Shown here: positions 1-11,122 of the stretch, piece after piece | How positions within the stretch are numbered: the first letter of the stretch is position 1 | Layout of the letters: each line of letters starts with the position of its first letter | Assembly (NCBI GenBank): GCA_963771465.1 | Contig: CAVYTU010000009.1 | Span: 1 to 64,000 of the forward strand | Length of the DNA: 64,000 bases | From: an uncultured delta proteobacterium | Lineage (GTDB): Bacteria; Desulfobacterota; Binatia; UBA9968 | Direction: 5' to 3' | Notes under the pieces: generated by a model | What the model was told of the DNA's origin: nothing | The model's input: only the letters and a program-made list of their open reading frames with translations | The model's database searches: none | Position numbers and translations under genes: made by a program

Positions 1-5
1 CATCG

Positions 6-888
6 TCACACGCCGACGGGATGGGTGCGCAGCAACCGAGGCTCCTCAGCCCGGCGGGCAAACACCTGCCCGTCGGTGATCCGCACCTCGTACGCCGGCT
101 GCGGCCGGGTGGCCGGGCCCTCGATCACCGAGCCGTCGAGGGCGAAGGCACTGCCGTGCCAGGGCACACCACGCAACCGTCGCGCAGCTCGCCCTCGTGC
201 AGGGGCGCACCGCGGTGGGTGCAGCGGTCGGCCAGGGCGACGATCCCGTCGTCGGTCCGGGTGAGCAGCACCGGGACGCCGGCGAAGTCGGCCGTACTCA
301 GCACCCCAGGCCGGACCTCGGACTCCTCGGCCAGATAGGCCCATTCGGTCTCGCCATGCTGGAAGACCGTGGTGTCGACGCCGACGCCCATGGCGTAGGA
401 GAGGTGACCACCCAGCCAGCCGCCAACGCTCATCGCCGTGGCTCCGACCAGGGACAGCGCGATTCCCAGCTTCCGCCGGCCGGCCCGGCGGGCGAACCAG
501 CTCGCGGCGTACGCGGTCATGGCGACGTCGTTGGCGACCGCGTGCACCAGGCCTACCCGGCGTTCGGCGCCGTCCGTGTGCCGCCAGTCGCTCGCGCCGG
601 CGATCGCCGTGGGGAGCGCGGTGAGCACGCCGAGTCCGACCAGGGCGTCGGCGGCCTTCTCCTGGCCGGTGACGTCGAAGAACACCGACGAGGTCCACGC
701 GCCGATGGGGATGGTGACCAGTGGGGATGCACGGGATGGCCGATGGCGGTGCCGCTGAGCAGGTTCGTCAGCCACTTCGGGCTGAGCAGCTTGTCGGCGC
801 CCTCGGCCACCGGGTCGGCGACGGAGTCAAGGCCCTTCGCCCGCTCGATCCGGGTGGCCATGGCGTCCAGTCGGATCTTGTTGATCAT
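6..888 (-). CDS. DUF2231-like membrane domain + Rieske [2Fe-2S] protein, split by two frameshifts
   Basis: Pieces in three frames join: MINKIRLD..GHPVHP / LVTIPIGAW..DRCTHRGAPL..CVVCP / WHGSAF..GPA. Rieske CxH and CPWH motifs are present. Confidence 0.85.
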
Positions 889-950
889 GCGGTTGCTATA
901 CCCAGGCCGACTCCCGGCCACGCGAAGCGGGGAGTCCGAGTCGGACCACC

Positions 951-3500
951 TCAGCCGCCGGGCAGCAGTTCCAGCCGGTGCTCGGTACGGGCCTCGACCG
1001 CCGCCCGGGACGCCACGAAGGGCCAGGTCTCGTTGCGGGCCCACAGCTGGGTCTGGTCGGCGTAGTTGGGGTGGAAGGCGTGGCCCGAGACCCCGGACTG
1101 GTTGACCCAGCGGGACTGGTCGAGGTTGCCGAGGTCGACCAGCATCCGCATGGTCGGCGCGCTGGTCACGGTGTAGCCCTTGGTGGTGTCGTAGGCCATC
1201 GCGTTCACCACCGCCGGACCGCCGCCGACCTCGTACGGACCGCGGTTGAACAGCGCCTCGACCGGCTTGATCCCACTCGTCCCGAGCGTCTGGTTGCGCA
1301 GGGTGACCGTGTGCATCCTTCCCCAGGCCCACTCGTCGGTGTCCCGGGCCATCAGCGAGGTGATCTCCTTGCGCGCGTTGGTCATGGCCAGCCGCAGGAT
1401 GTCGTCGCGCGACTCGGTCACCTCGGCGTGGTCACGTCGTCCCACCACAGGTTGCGCGGCTGCTTGAGCAGCCCCAGCACGACGCGTTCCAGCGGTCTCC
1501 GCCGACCGGCCACAGTTCCTCCGGCAGCTCGTCCCGGAAGGTCAGCTTGAGGATGTTGTGCATCACCACGTTGAAGTACGCGGCGGACGCCGAGTCGGGC
1601 GTGGCGGAGTAGTCCCAGCCGACCAGGGTGCGCTGGCCCTCCGCCACCCAGGCGTCGGCGACCTTGACCTTGAGCAGGGCCGGCACCAGCTCGGCGGCGA
1701 TCCGGATGGTGTCGTCGTAGAGCAGCGCCTCGGCCTGGTCCAGGGTCAGCGTCGAGGTCTGCCGCAGCTGGTCGAGGATCTCCTGGCTGCGCCAGCCGTA
1801 GGAGTAGGCCGAGCCGAGCGGGTGGGGATACTGGCCGCCGATCACCGGTTGGTTGGCGGCGACCAGGACTCCGCTCGGTGGGTTGTAGGCCCAGGGCAGC
1901 TCGGCGAACGGGATCATCCCCCTCCAGTCGTACGCCTCGTCCCAGCCGGGCGACGGCGTGCGGCCGTCGCCCTTGCCGCGGCGCGGCGCCAGCCCGGGGA
2001 GCTGGTAGCCGATGTTGCCCTCCACGTCGGCGTAGACCAGGTTCTGCGACGGGGCGGCGAGCAGCGCCGCAGCCTCGCGGAACTCGGTGAAGTTCTGGGC
2101 CTGGTTGATCGCCGAGGACCGCATCCATGGTGCGGCCCGGGGTGAGCCCGACCCAGCTCAGGGCCACGGCGTAAGCCCGGTCCGGCCGGCCGCGGCCTGG
2201 GTGGACGCGACCTGCTGCAGCTGCTGGCTCACGTCGGACAACAGCGGGCCGTGCCGGGAGGACCGGATGGTGATCGTCCGCGGCTGGTCCTCCCCCGCCA
2301 CCGGGATCTGCTCGGTGAGCGTCTTCAGCGGGACGAGGCGTCGCCCACCCGTACCTGGTTGCCGTCGACCTCCTCGAGGTAGAGGTCCTGCACGTCGACG
2401 TAGCTGGTGGTGAGCCCCCAGGCGATGAGGCGTTGTGGCCGATCACCACGCCGGGCACCGACGCCAGGCTGAAGCCGGCGACGTCGTAGGGGCAGGCGTC
2501 GCTGACCGTGCGGCAGTGCAGCCCGACCTGGGCGAACACCGACGGGATCGAGGCGGCCAAGTGCGGGTCGTTGGACAGCAGCGGCCGGCCGCTCGCCGTA
2601 CGGAAGCCCGACACCACCCAGGAGTTGGAGCCGGTCTCGCCCTCCACCTCGCTGGTACCGAGTAGCGGCGCCAGGGCGGCATCCGCCCGGTTGACTCGGT
2701 CAGGCCCGGCCCGCACCGGGCGGCGAGTGGGGCCCTCGGGATCCGGGAGCGGGCGGGCCGAGCTCCGACGCGCCGCCGGGTCGAACTTCCTATCCACGCG
2801 GTGCCGCGCCCGACGATCGGGGTGTAGCCTCCAGCGGGTAAGCCGGGAACAGGCTGGCCGCCCGGCCGGCCCCGAATGCGGCGGTCACCAGCGCCCGCTC
2901 GGCCTCCTGGTCGGAGTTGGAGCCCAGGTCCCAGGCCATCACCTTGAGCCAGGACACCGAATCCGCCGCCGTCCAGCGCTCGGGGGTGTAGTCCAATCCC
3001 TGCAGCCCGAGCAGCCGGTATTCCAGCGACAGCTCGGCGGCCGGACGGTCACCCAGGTACGCGTTGACCCCGGCGGCGTACGCGTCGAGAGCGCGCCGGG
3101 TCGAGGGGGCGAGCAGCGCCAGCTCCTGCTCGGCCACCCATCACCAGCCGAGCGTACGGACGTACGCGTCGGTCTGCAGCTGGGACGGGCCGTAGAGCTC
3201 CGAGAGCCGGCCGGCCGCGACGTGCCGGCGGGAGTCCATCTCGTAGAACCGGTCCTGCGCGTGCACGTAGCCCTGGGCGAAGAACAGGTCCTCGGCGGTG
3301 TCGGCGTAGATCTGCGGCACCCCGTAGCCGTCCCGCAGCACCTCGACCGGGGCCGTCAGCCCCGGCATCGTGATCCGGCCGGACCCCTCCGGGAACAACG
3401 CGCGCACCGAGCCGACCCCCACCCTGGTCAGGGCCGCGGCGGCCAGCACCAGAACCACCGCGGTGAACACCAGCCAGCGGGGAACTCGATGCACCGTCAC
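951..3500 (-). CDS. Penicillin acylase (Ntn-hydrolase) family protein, multiply frameshifted
   Basis: RDGYGVPQIYA, AQGYVHAQDRF, beta-chain start GSNSWVV, NDPHL, QNLVYADVEGNIGY, GVSGH..HPNYADQ occur across ORFs 3141-3500, 2790-3137, 1418-2797, 1432-2124 and 951-1448. Confidence 0.9.
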
Positions 3501-3530
3501 ACCCTTAACCGCCTACTCCACCCCCCCCCC

Positions 3531-4405
3531 TTATGAGTCCAGGATCGTTGCAGCGTCGTCCGGCCCATCCGATGCATCACCGGGTTGCTCTCGACGTAGT
3601 ACCAGACCACCCCCATCGCCTGTTCGAACGCCCAGGCCTGGCCGCGACCCCACTCGAAGTCGTCGCACCCCAGGTCGCTCGTAGGACCTCGCGGGGACCG
3701 GCCTCCAGCAGGTGCCAGGCCGCGACGAGGTCCAGCGCCAGGTCGGCGGGTCCCAGGCTGCCGACGTCGATGACCCCCGCGAGGCGGCCGGCGGGGACGA
3801 GCACGTTGCCGGGGGTGAGGTCGCCGTGGGTCATCACGTCGGCACTGATCCGCGGCAGGTCGCGCAGCCGGGGCCAGATCCGGCGGAGCCGGGGGCCGTC
3901 GACCAGGTGGACGCTGCGCTCGAAGCATTCCTCCATCCAGGGGTCGTGGCGCGGAGGTCGCCACCCCGGCCGGCCCGCGCGAAGGTCCGACCCCGGGTGT
4001 CGATGGCGCGTACGCCGGTGATGAAGGCCGCCAGATCGTGCGCGAAGCGGACAGAGTCGCTCAGGTCCTCCTCGGCCGCCGGCGTTCCCGAGACCCAGGT
4101 CTCACCGCCCACGGCAGCGGGTAGCCGGGCCCTGGTTCGCCGATCGCGACCGGCTCCGGGGTGGCGTACGCCGTGCGGCCGGCCAGCTCGCGGGCCGCCT
4201 CGGCCTCCTCCTCCAACCACTGACGGGCCGCCGCCGCCTCGAGGCGCTGCAGCGGGAACCGGCCGGTGAGTTGGCTGCCGATCCGGAACAGGGCGTTCAC
4301 CGTGCCCGCGGAGGCCAATGGGCGGACCGGGAGAGGGTCCACTGCGGGAACTGGTCGGCGATCAGCCGGCGAACGGTCTCGACCGGGAACGGGCAGCTGG
4401 TCGGC
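3531..4405 (-). CDS. Aminoglycoside phosphotransferase (APH)-family kinase, frameshifted and 5'-truncated at the junction
   Basis: GTVNALFRIG, HGDLTPGN (Brenner motif), VIDVG..DLALDL, AMGVVWYYVESNP. The N-terminal ADQLPV..RRLIADQFPQW is cut at ~4405. Confidence 0.85.
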
Positions 4406-4412
4406 AAAACCG
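4400..4412. other. Compositional junction between a high-GC actinobacterial-like segment and a moderate-GC segment
   Basis: GC content and codon style drop abruptly, the APH gene is cut a few codons from its start, and no IS or att site is visible. Confidence 0.8.
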
Positions 4413-4833
4413 GTGGGAAGTCTCTTTCATAGGATTTTCGCAGGAAGCATACCACGCGTACTTTTTATTCCTCCGGGGGCATTCAACTTCATTCCTCCGA
4501 TAGGCAATGTTTCCAATTCGTTTATTCCTCAGTAATCGTTTCTTAAAACCTCAGTCGCGTACAGACCGAAGTGATGTCCAGAACGCGCCATACTGCAATT
4601 GTGGAAGGTGGCGAAAAAACCGAAGTGTTGAAAGTAAGTTGTCTTTGCCGTTATATAGATGCTGACACGCCGGAATGACAAAAAAGAAGATCTCCCGTGG
4701 AACGAAACAAAAAAGAATACTGGGCAACGTAAAAAAGGTGGAGATTTCTCATAAGCTCAAGGTGGATCCAGACGGTATTGCACTTTCGTATTCTGGACCG
4801 CCTACGCGATATCTAAGGCTTTGAAAAAAGCAT

Positions 4834-6031
4834 TCAAAAGCGAGAGCGCGCTGCTATGGCGACAGACCGAGAGCGCGGGATCTTCGCACCTGGACCAATG
4901 GACGCGCCCGAGCTGGTGCAATGGGGAGAGAACGCATTTTGTCGTAAGGGACCATTCCGGCGGCTAAAGATGTGGCGAGTAGACCACCGTAACTCATGAA
5001 TCCTGCGTCGCCGAAAATCAATACGGTCAAAACGTACCTGAATCCAGAACGCGAGAAAAAAAAGAGTCGGAACCAATCCTGAGGATATTGCGAAGTGCAG
5101 AAAACTGTTGTGCGGCGGTACCATCTTTTTGGCGAAAGGGATTAGAATCTTACATTCCCCTACCCCGAAAAACGGCGACTGCCATATCCGATCGATCGTC
5201 GTTTCCCAAATCTCCAGACGACCTGTATCCTCTAAACCACGGGTCGAATAGTTTTCATATGCTTGATTGAATACGCCACCGCTGTAGACCACGCAAGCTA
5301 GGAAGACTAGTGCCATAGTTGGCATGAAACCGCGCTTCAAAATCCTCCGGCACGCAACTGGAATAGCCAGAGCACACGCAAATAGCGGCCCGCGTTCGAT
5401 GGACAGGGTGACGATAAACAAACATCCCAAGGCTAGTAGCCGAGCAGCGATCCTCCAGGTTGCCCGTCTACTTTCAACGCCGACGACCGTGAAGAATATT
5501 GAGAGAAACCCAAACCACTCCGCAAGCCCCGCGGGATGGGTCAGGGAGCCTTGCACAGCTATCTCAACACGCGCCATTTCCATTTCGCCGCGATCAAAAT
5601 TGATAAACGGCAGTGTGACGAGACCGATACCAAGCAACACTAGGGGAAACCGAAATGCAAAATCGCGCCTCAAACAGAGTGATTGGATGATCATCAAACC
5701 GAAAACCCAGGTGATGAAACCCCGAATGTTTGAATCCATTACGTCTTCGCCGTGAACGAAAATTTGGATGAACAAAAAAGAGATCGCGCAGGCGAGCAAC
5801 AAAGCAATCAGACCGTACACGGCTTTGAAAGATGAATTGCCAGAGACAGGTCGCCGAAATAATCAATAACATGAGGCCGGCGACACCCGGTATATCGAGG
5901 CCCACTGCGGGCGCCAGCACCGAGTAAATAATCGCGACGTAATAGGCATACTCGAGCTTGCGGGAGGGGATCCGAACCACCCCTTCAACTTGCCGCCAGG
6001 TTCGTTTTCCGTGTCGTCCGCGCGCGTACAT
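4834..6031 (-). CDS. O-antigen ligase/polymerase (Wzy/WaaL-like) membrane protein, frameshifted
   Basis: Multi-TM protein with ERGP, TGRLEIW..I.QSPFFGVG and PHNSFL motifs. The N-terminus is in ORF 5594-6031. Confidence 0.8.
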
Positions 6032-6047
6032 ATCCTTTTTGAACCTA

Positions 6048-7164
6048 TCAACTGACAGCGCTTAGAGCGTTTTCGAATAACCGGATAACCGTCGCCGCAC
6101 TGTAACTTTCGACGACGTGCTTGCGGGCACGATCAGCGATCTCCTGCCTTCGCTCGGGTGAGTTTGTTAGATCCTCAATCTCCGCTATGGTGCGATCAAT
6201 ACCCTGTGTGACTACGCCTAGTCCGCGTCGCGCAATAATCTGATCCGGGTCAATCTTTAGACTCACTACAGGCGTTCCGCATGACCAAGCCTGAACAAAT
6301 GTGTTCGGGAATCCCTCGACATCGGACGTACAAAGGAGAACTGCAGCATCCGCTATTACTTGTTGTGCCTTCAGTGGCGGAACTTGTCCGAGGTATTCGA
6401 TATTTGGAGTTGCGCGGAACTCATTCACGATGCGTTCGCCATAACCGGGAGGCGACATGGAGTTCGTAGGGCCGCCGCAAACAATGAACCGCGTTGATGG
6501 CGTCTTACGAGCCATTTCGATAACTATGTCTGGCCGTTTCAGTTGGCAGAGCATCCCCACCCATGCGACGTACTTCTCTCGTTGGGCATGGGGCTTCATC
6601 ATTGTTGCATCACATACTACCTCAGACACATCACATACCTTGGGAAAAATGGAGGCCTTCATTCTCCACCGGGGTGGAAGCGCGGAAAGCTGTGCCGCAT
6701 GTTGTACGAAAATTCCATCCGTTCGCGCGAGCCCCCAAGCATACAGCGGCCACCATCTAGGACGGTAGAGAGGTGCGTGGCGGGGCTGAATATCTAGGTC
6801 GCACGCTGCAGCAAAGATCGTACGGATGCCGGCAAACTTCGCAATCTCGACAGCGGGCCCCCACAAATGGCTCGCGCCTCTCCAATACAACCAGTCCGGG
6901 CGGTAGGACCAGAGAAATTCATGCCATGCGAGGAGAATTTGGCGTTGACCAATCCCGACAAATTCTACTCCATCAACAAACGTGCGCTCACCCGCATTGA
7001 GCCGATCACGCACGCCAACTATCACTGACCAACCGGCATCAACCAGCACGCGCGAAAGAACCCACTGACTCCACTCCGCGCCTCCGACTGCCCAAGGAAG
7101 CCCCGCCGCATAGGCGTAGATGCCGTCGTTCGAGTCTATGAATCGCGATCTTCATTCCGCTCAT
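6048..7164 (-). CDS. Glycosyltransferase family 4 (frameshift near the 5' end)
   Basis: EGFPNTFVQAWSCGTPVV motif. Upstream GGAE motif and ATG at 7164. Confidence 0.85.
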
Positions 7165-7292
7165 GTATCCGCAAAAACGGACAGATGGCAACGAATATTG
7201 GACCTCACCGGCTCACCTCTCGGATACCTGATTAAGTTATTCTGCGAATTGCGAAGCTGAGGTCGCCGTCAGAGCAAGACATGCTTTCCAAG

Positions 7293-8744
7293 CTATGTCC
7301 AACGTAAAGTACTTAGCCGTCCTGCATTGACAACCATCTCTTCCTGTAAAGACGGCGGAATCTCGGCAGAGCCGAGGACAAACGGTTCTGTCGCTGGCGT
7401 GCCGTTGAGGGCACGCACGAGAGCTTCGGTCTGCCGCTCTGCTGAGTAAAATTCACATTTGACAGGATCAGGCAGAAAAGAGTGCAAGTCCCCTCTAGAC
7501 CAAGCATCGCATAGCTTCAGCAAGATAGAGCCAATCTCCGATGGCGAATCGACATCGGCGACTGTGGACACGCCAACTCGTTGAAGAATTTTCCTCGTCT
7601 CGTCCTGAGGCAGCACAGCGAAAATCGGCCGCCTTGCCTTCAAGTACTCGAATAGTTTGGCACCGGCGAAAAGTTCGTAGCCCTTTATGGTCGAGAGTCG
7701 TCCAAACACCAGGAATGCATGCGCTTCTCGCTGAAGACGAAGGATTTCACCGTAGGACGTTGGACCCATCGTCTCCACAATCTCTGACAAACTGAGCCTT
7801 ACCGCTTCTTTCGCCAGGCCTTCCGTCCCCTCGCCGACGAAAACAAAGCGCAGTTTCTGCGCTCTGACAGGGTCGCTACTCTTGAAAGTGACGAGAGATT
7901 GGAGAAGTGTGTCACAGCGGTAGCTTGCCAATGTTCCTGTATACAAAACGGTAAACTTGTTGCCATTCGGCGGCGCAAATTCTTCAATTCTGCCCTCGTA
8001 TCCATTCGGGATGATGTGAACCTTGGGGACATCGAATGCCCCGGGAAAAGCGCGACAATAGGTTTCCGCGACGCTGTCGAACAAGAACACAACTGATTGC
8101 GCTCCTTTGAAGAGTTGATACATGGTGCGTCTAATGCGACGCTTCACCCATTCCGGCTGTCTAAGATCTGGCTCGTAATAGCTCAATCCGATCGGATCCC
8201 GTAAGTCCAGGACGTAGGGAACACCCGTTATTGCAGAAGCTCCTTGTGCGACGATCCATGCCGATAACGGGCTCGCAGTAGCCCAAATGACGTTCGGCCG
8301 CCTTTGCGCGCAAAGCTTGACTGTTGCCTCTATGGCCGGTGTAATCCAGCGCTTTTCTATGTCGGGTTGATAATAACATACCGCGGCAGCCTGGATGATT
8401 CTTCTAATCATAGAACGGAACGGCTTGGAATGTGCCGCACGGATCCGATCCGCCGTTTCAGCAGAGTCTCCCGAAAGCCTTTCCTGTATCCGTTGTGCTC
8501 TCCAACTTTGTATTGCTTGCCACGGATCGCGCCCTCGGACACGGATGATCTCCGTTTCACTCGGTACGCTGTCAAGAAGGTCAGGATCATACCTTTCATA
8601 GCAGTATGGGTTTGCTGTAATGACACGCGTGCACCAACCGGTCTTCGAAAGATGTCTCACAAAGCGAAGCGGCCGGTACACGCCAGCAACCCCATATGGG
8701 GGGAAGGCATTAGTGATCATTATTACAGATTTCATACCGTTCAC
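7293..8744 (-). CDS. Glycosyltransferase family 4
   Basis: FPPYGVAGVYRP, DLRDP, IPNGYE, KLFEYLKARRPI. Confidence 0.85.
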   Translation of the reverse strand: MNGMKSVIMITNAFPPYGVAGVYRPLRFVRHLSKTGWCTRVITANPYCYERYDPDLLDSVPSETEIIRVRGRDPWQAIQSWRAQRIQERLSGDSAETADRIRAAHSKPFRSMIRRIIQAAAVCYYQPDIEKRWITPAIEATVKLCAQRRPNVIWATASPLSAWIVAQGASAITGVPYVLDLRDPIGLSYYEPDLRQPEWVKRRIRRTMYQLFKGAQSVVFLFDSVAETYCRAFPGAFDVPKVHIIPNGYEGRIEEFAPPNGNKFTVLYTGTLASYRCDTLLQSLVTFKSSDPVRAQKLRFVFVGEGTEGLAKEAVRLSLSEIVETMGPTSYGEILRLQREAHAFLVFGRLSTIKGYELFAGAKLFEYLKARRPIFAVLPQDETRKILQRVGVSTVADVDSPSEIGSILLKLCDAWSRGDLHSFLPDPVKCEFYSAERQTEALVRALNGTPATEPFVLGSAEIPPSLQEEMVVNAGRLSTLRWT

Positions 8745-8762
8745 ACCTAGACGTAGTAACGG

Positions 8763-9989
8763 TCACCACTGACGGCTTCTGCTCTCGTTTTTCGGAAGCA
8801 CGGTGGAAGATTGATCCGAGGCGAACTCCAGGACGGCATTGCGGTCTTTGGGCTCATTAATAACATAGCCTTCCAGGATCTTTCTGAGCCCTTCTATACT
8901 CTGCTCCATATTGAAGTTAGCACTGATATGGTCCCTCGCATTTTTACCCATCTCACTGGCCAGTTCAGGATTAGCTAATAGTTGATATAAATATTCAGCC
9001 ATCGCATCGATGTCGCCTTCATCTACTAAAAATCCCGTCTTGCCGTGGATTACAACATCGCTAATGCCGGCATGCTTGGTGCTGACGACAGGCAATCCGG
9101 CGGCCCCTGCTTCCAAAATGGCAACCGGTGTGCCTTCTGTGTCGCCTGATAATGGCACTAAAGAATGTTGGATAAAAACTCTTGACTGCTGCATTAGTGC
9201 GGCCGCTCCATCATGATCAACCATGCCCTTCAACTCCACGGCGTGTTCGACATGCAGTGCTTTGATGAGTTTTGAACAGACATCATGCAAAGGGCCGGCT
9301 CCGACCATGACGAGTGTCGCTTCGGGTAACCGCTCCAAAACTTTTTTGAACGCAAGTATCGTCAGATAAGGCGCCTTCTTTTCCACAAATCGCCCAACCG
9401 AAAGGACACGAAGCTGAGACCTGAGAACGTCAGCTTGTGCAAATTTGGTAACTTCCACGCCGTATGGATTGTAGATAACCTTTTCCGTAGGCACACCCAA
9501 TTTAACAAGCTGCTCTGCCATGTGTTTGGATACAGCGATGATCGCGCTGGCGTAATCGAACATCCGCTTATATGCGCGTTGATGCCGATCGAGGAGCTCA
9601 ATTGAATATGCGTCATAGCCATGAAAATGTACGATGAGCGGGATATTCAGCTCTTTGCATAGACTCAACACGCCAACTCCGGTCAAGCCGTATTCTGCGA
9701 GGAGCACATTGATGTTTGTTCTCTTGAAAAATTTTCGCAGTAACTTTCGTTTGACGGGATTCAAATAATAGCGATGCCAATAAATTCTCGCGCTTTGTTT
9801 CAGTTGCTCGGTTCTGTCGGCAGAAATATGCTTCGGAAACACGTCGTCTATATCGATCGGAAAATCCTGCAAGTAGTTGACCGCTGAAGATAGGCGATCT
9901 ATATGGGCCTGCAAAAAAGTTTCGGAATACGTCGGCGGATAAGGCAGAGTGATACAAATTTTGGCTTCCAATCTTTTCATATGAACCAA
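8763..9989 (-). CDS. Glycosyltransferase family 4 (WcaL-like)
   Basis: SETF, HFHGYD, VGRFVEKK, GDTEGTPVAILEA, STKHAGI. Confidence 0.9.
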   Translation of the reverse strand: MVHMKRLEAKICITLPYPPTYSETFLQAHIDRLSSAVNYLQDFPIDIDDVFPKHISADRTEQLKQSARIYWHRYYLNPVKRKLLRKFFKRTNINVLLAEYGLTGVGVLSLCKELNIPLIVHFHGYDAYSIELLDRHQRAYKRMFDYASAIIAVSKHMAEQLVKLGVPTEKVIYNPYGVEVTKFAQADVLRSQLRVLSVGRFVEKKAPYLTILAFKKVLERLPEATLVMVGAGPLHDVCSKLIKALHVEHAVELKGMVDHDGAAALMQQSRVFIQHSLVPLSGDTEGTPVAILEAGAAGLPVVSTKHAGISDVVIHGKTGFLVDEGDIDAMAEYLYQLLANPELASEMGKNARDHISANFNMEQSIEGLRKILEGYVINEPKDRNAVLEFASDQSSTVLPKNESRSRQW

Positions 9990-10076
9990 GCGGCGCGAAC
10001 TATCGCATGCGGCTTGTGGAGCAAGACTTGTAAGTTACTGGGATAATTGCATTAGACCGTTTTTGAAAAAGTCTTT

Positions 10077-11032
10077 TCAAGTGCGTAGCGATCTGACTAG
10101 CCCGCGCGGCAATCCGATTCTGGCCAACCGTCCCGAACCTTTCCAGTAAGCGCTTCGATACTCCACGTTATAGGCGGCAAGATCCGTTAGAAGCTCTTTC
10201 TTTTTTTCCTCTGTAAAGCAATCTGCAATCCTGATCAACTCAGCGGCGCTTTTGAGCAGCGATTCGGTCGTTTGCAAAGGATCATGGGTCTTCTGTGCGG
10301 GATGTTCTCTGAAAATGCCGAAGGGAATTTCTGTGTACTGAAATTTGCACCTGCCAAAGCAGTTTTCCCCAAAGTTCATAATCCATAGTGAAATGGTTGT
10401 CAGAGTTTAACACCGCCGATACGAAAGTGCCAGCTCCCGAGGAAACAGAACCTCTGGTTGGACAATCTGCTGACCCGAACGCCAGATTTCTCTGACACGG
10501 ACTAAATCCTCCAGAGAATGAACTCTGCCCTGATGTTCGCAATAGAGAAATTGCCGCTCGCATCGATATACACACAGATACCCACGTAAATGTTGTTGGT
10601 GCTGCAACCATATCGCGCCACATGCTCAACTAACGCATTTGGGCATAACAAGTCATCGCTATTTATCCACGTGGCGAACTCGCCGGATGCGCGCTTCAAG
10701 CCGCGGTTGATGGCATCGCTCTGGCCCGCGTCCGGTTCGCTGACCCAGTGACTGGTCCATGAAGAGTATTTCTTTATAATTTCGACGGAATTGTCGGTGC
10801 TGCCGCCATCTAAGATCAAATATTCGAGGTTCGGGTATCCCTGCAACAAGATTGAACGAATCGTCTCTTCAAGAAACTCGCCTTGATTAAACGACGGTGT
10901 GATAACGCTGATCCGTGGCCACGACCGCGTTTCACCTTTCATCGCCAAAAGCGATTCGCTTTCTTCCGTCCACGGCCAGCCGGTTTTGCCTGTGGGTGGC
11001 GGCGGAAGCTCAGTCAATTTTGGGCAATGCAC
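10077..11032 (-). CDS. Glycosyltransferase family 2, frameshifted
   Basis: TPSFNQGEFLEETIRS, DGGSTD, GQSDAIN.G, WINSDD. Continues as MDYELW and FR.H..QKT in other frames. Confidence 0.85.
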
Positions 11033-11122
11033 GCTAAGTCTTGATCCGGTTGAAAGCTATACTTTCTGCGGGGTGGACACGATTGAAAATCGAAGCCACC
11101 TAGTCCCAACACGGCGGTCGTA

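Noticed and set aside
1-11032. Many frameshifted genes (Rieske, acylase, APH, wzy-like, two glycosyltransferases; also TctC at 51596-52622) as pseudogenes or programmed frameshifts
   Set aside because: Scattered single-base indels in otherwise well-conserved genes, without accumulated stops or slippery-site structure, fit long-read consensus errors better.
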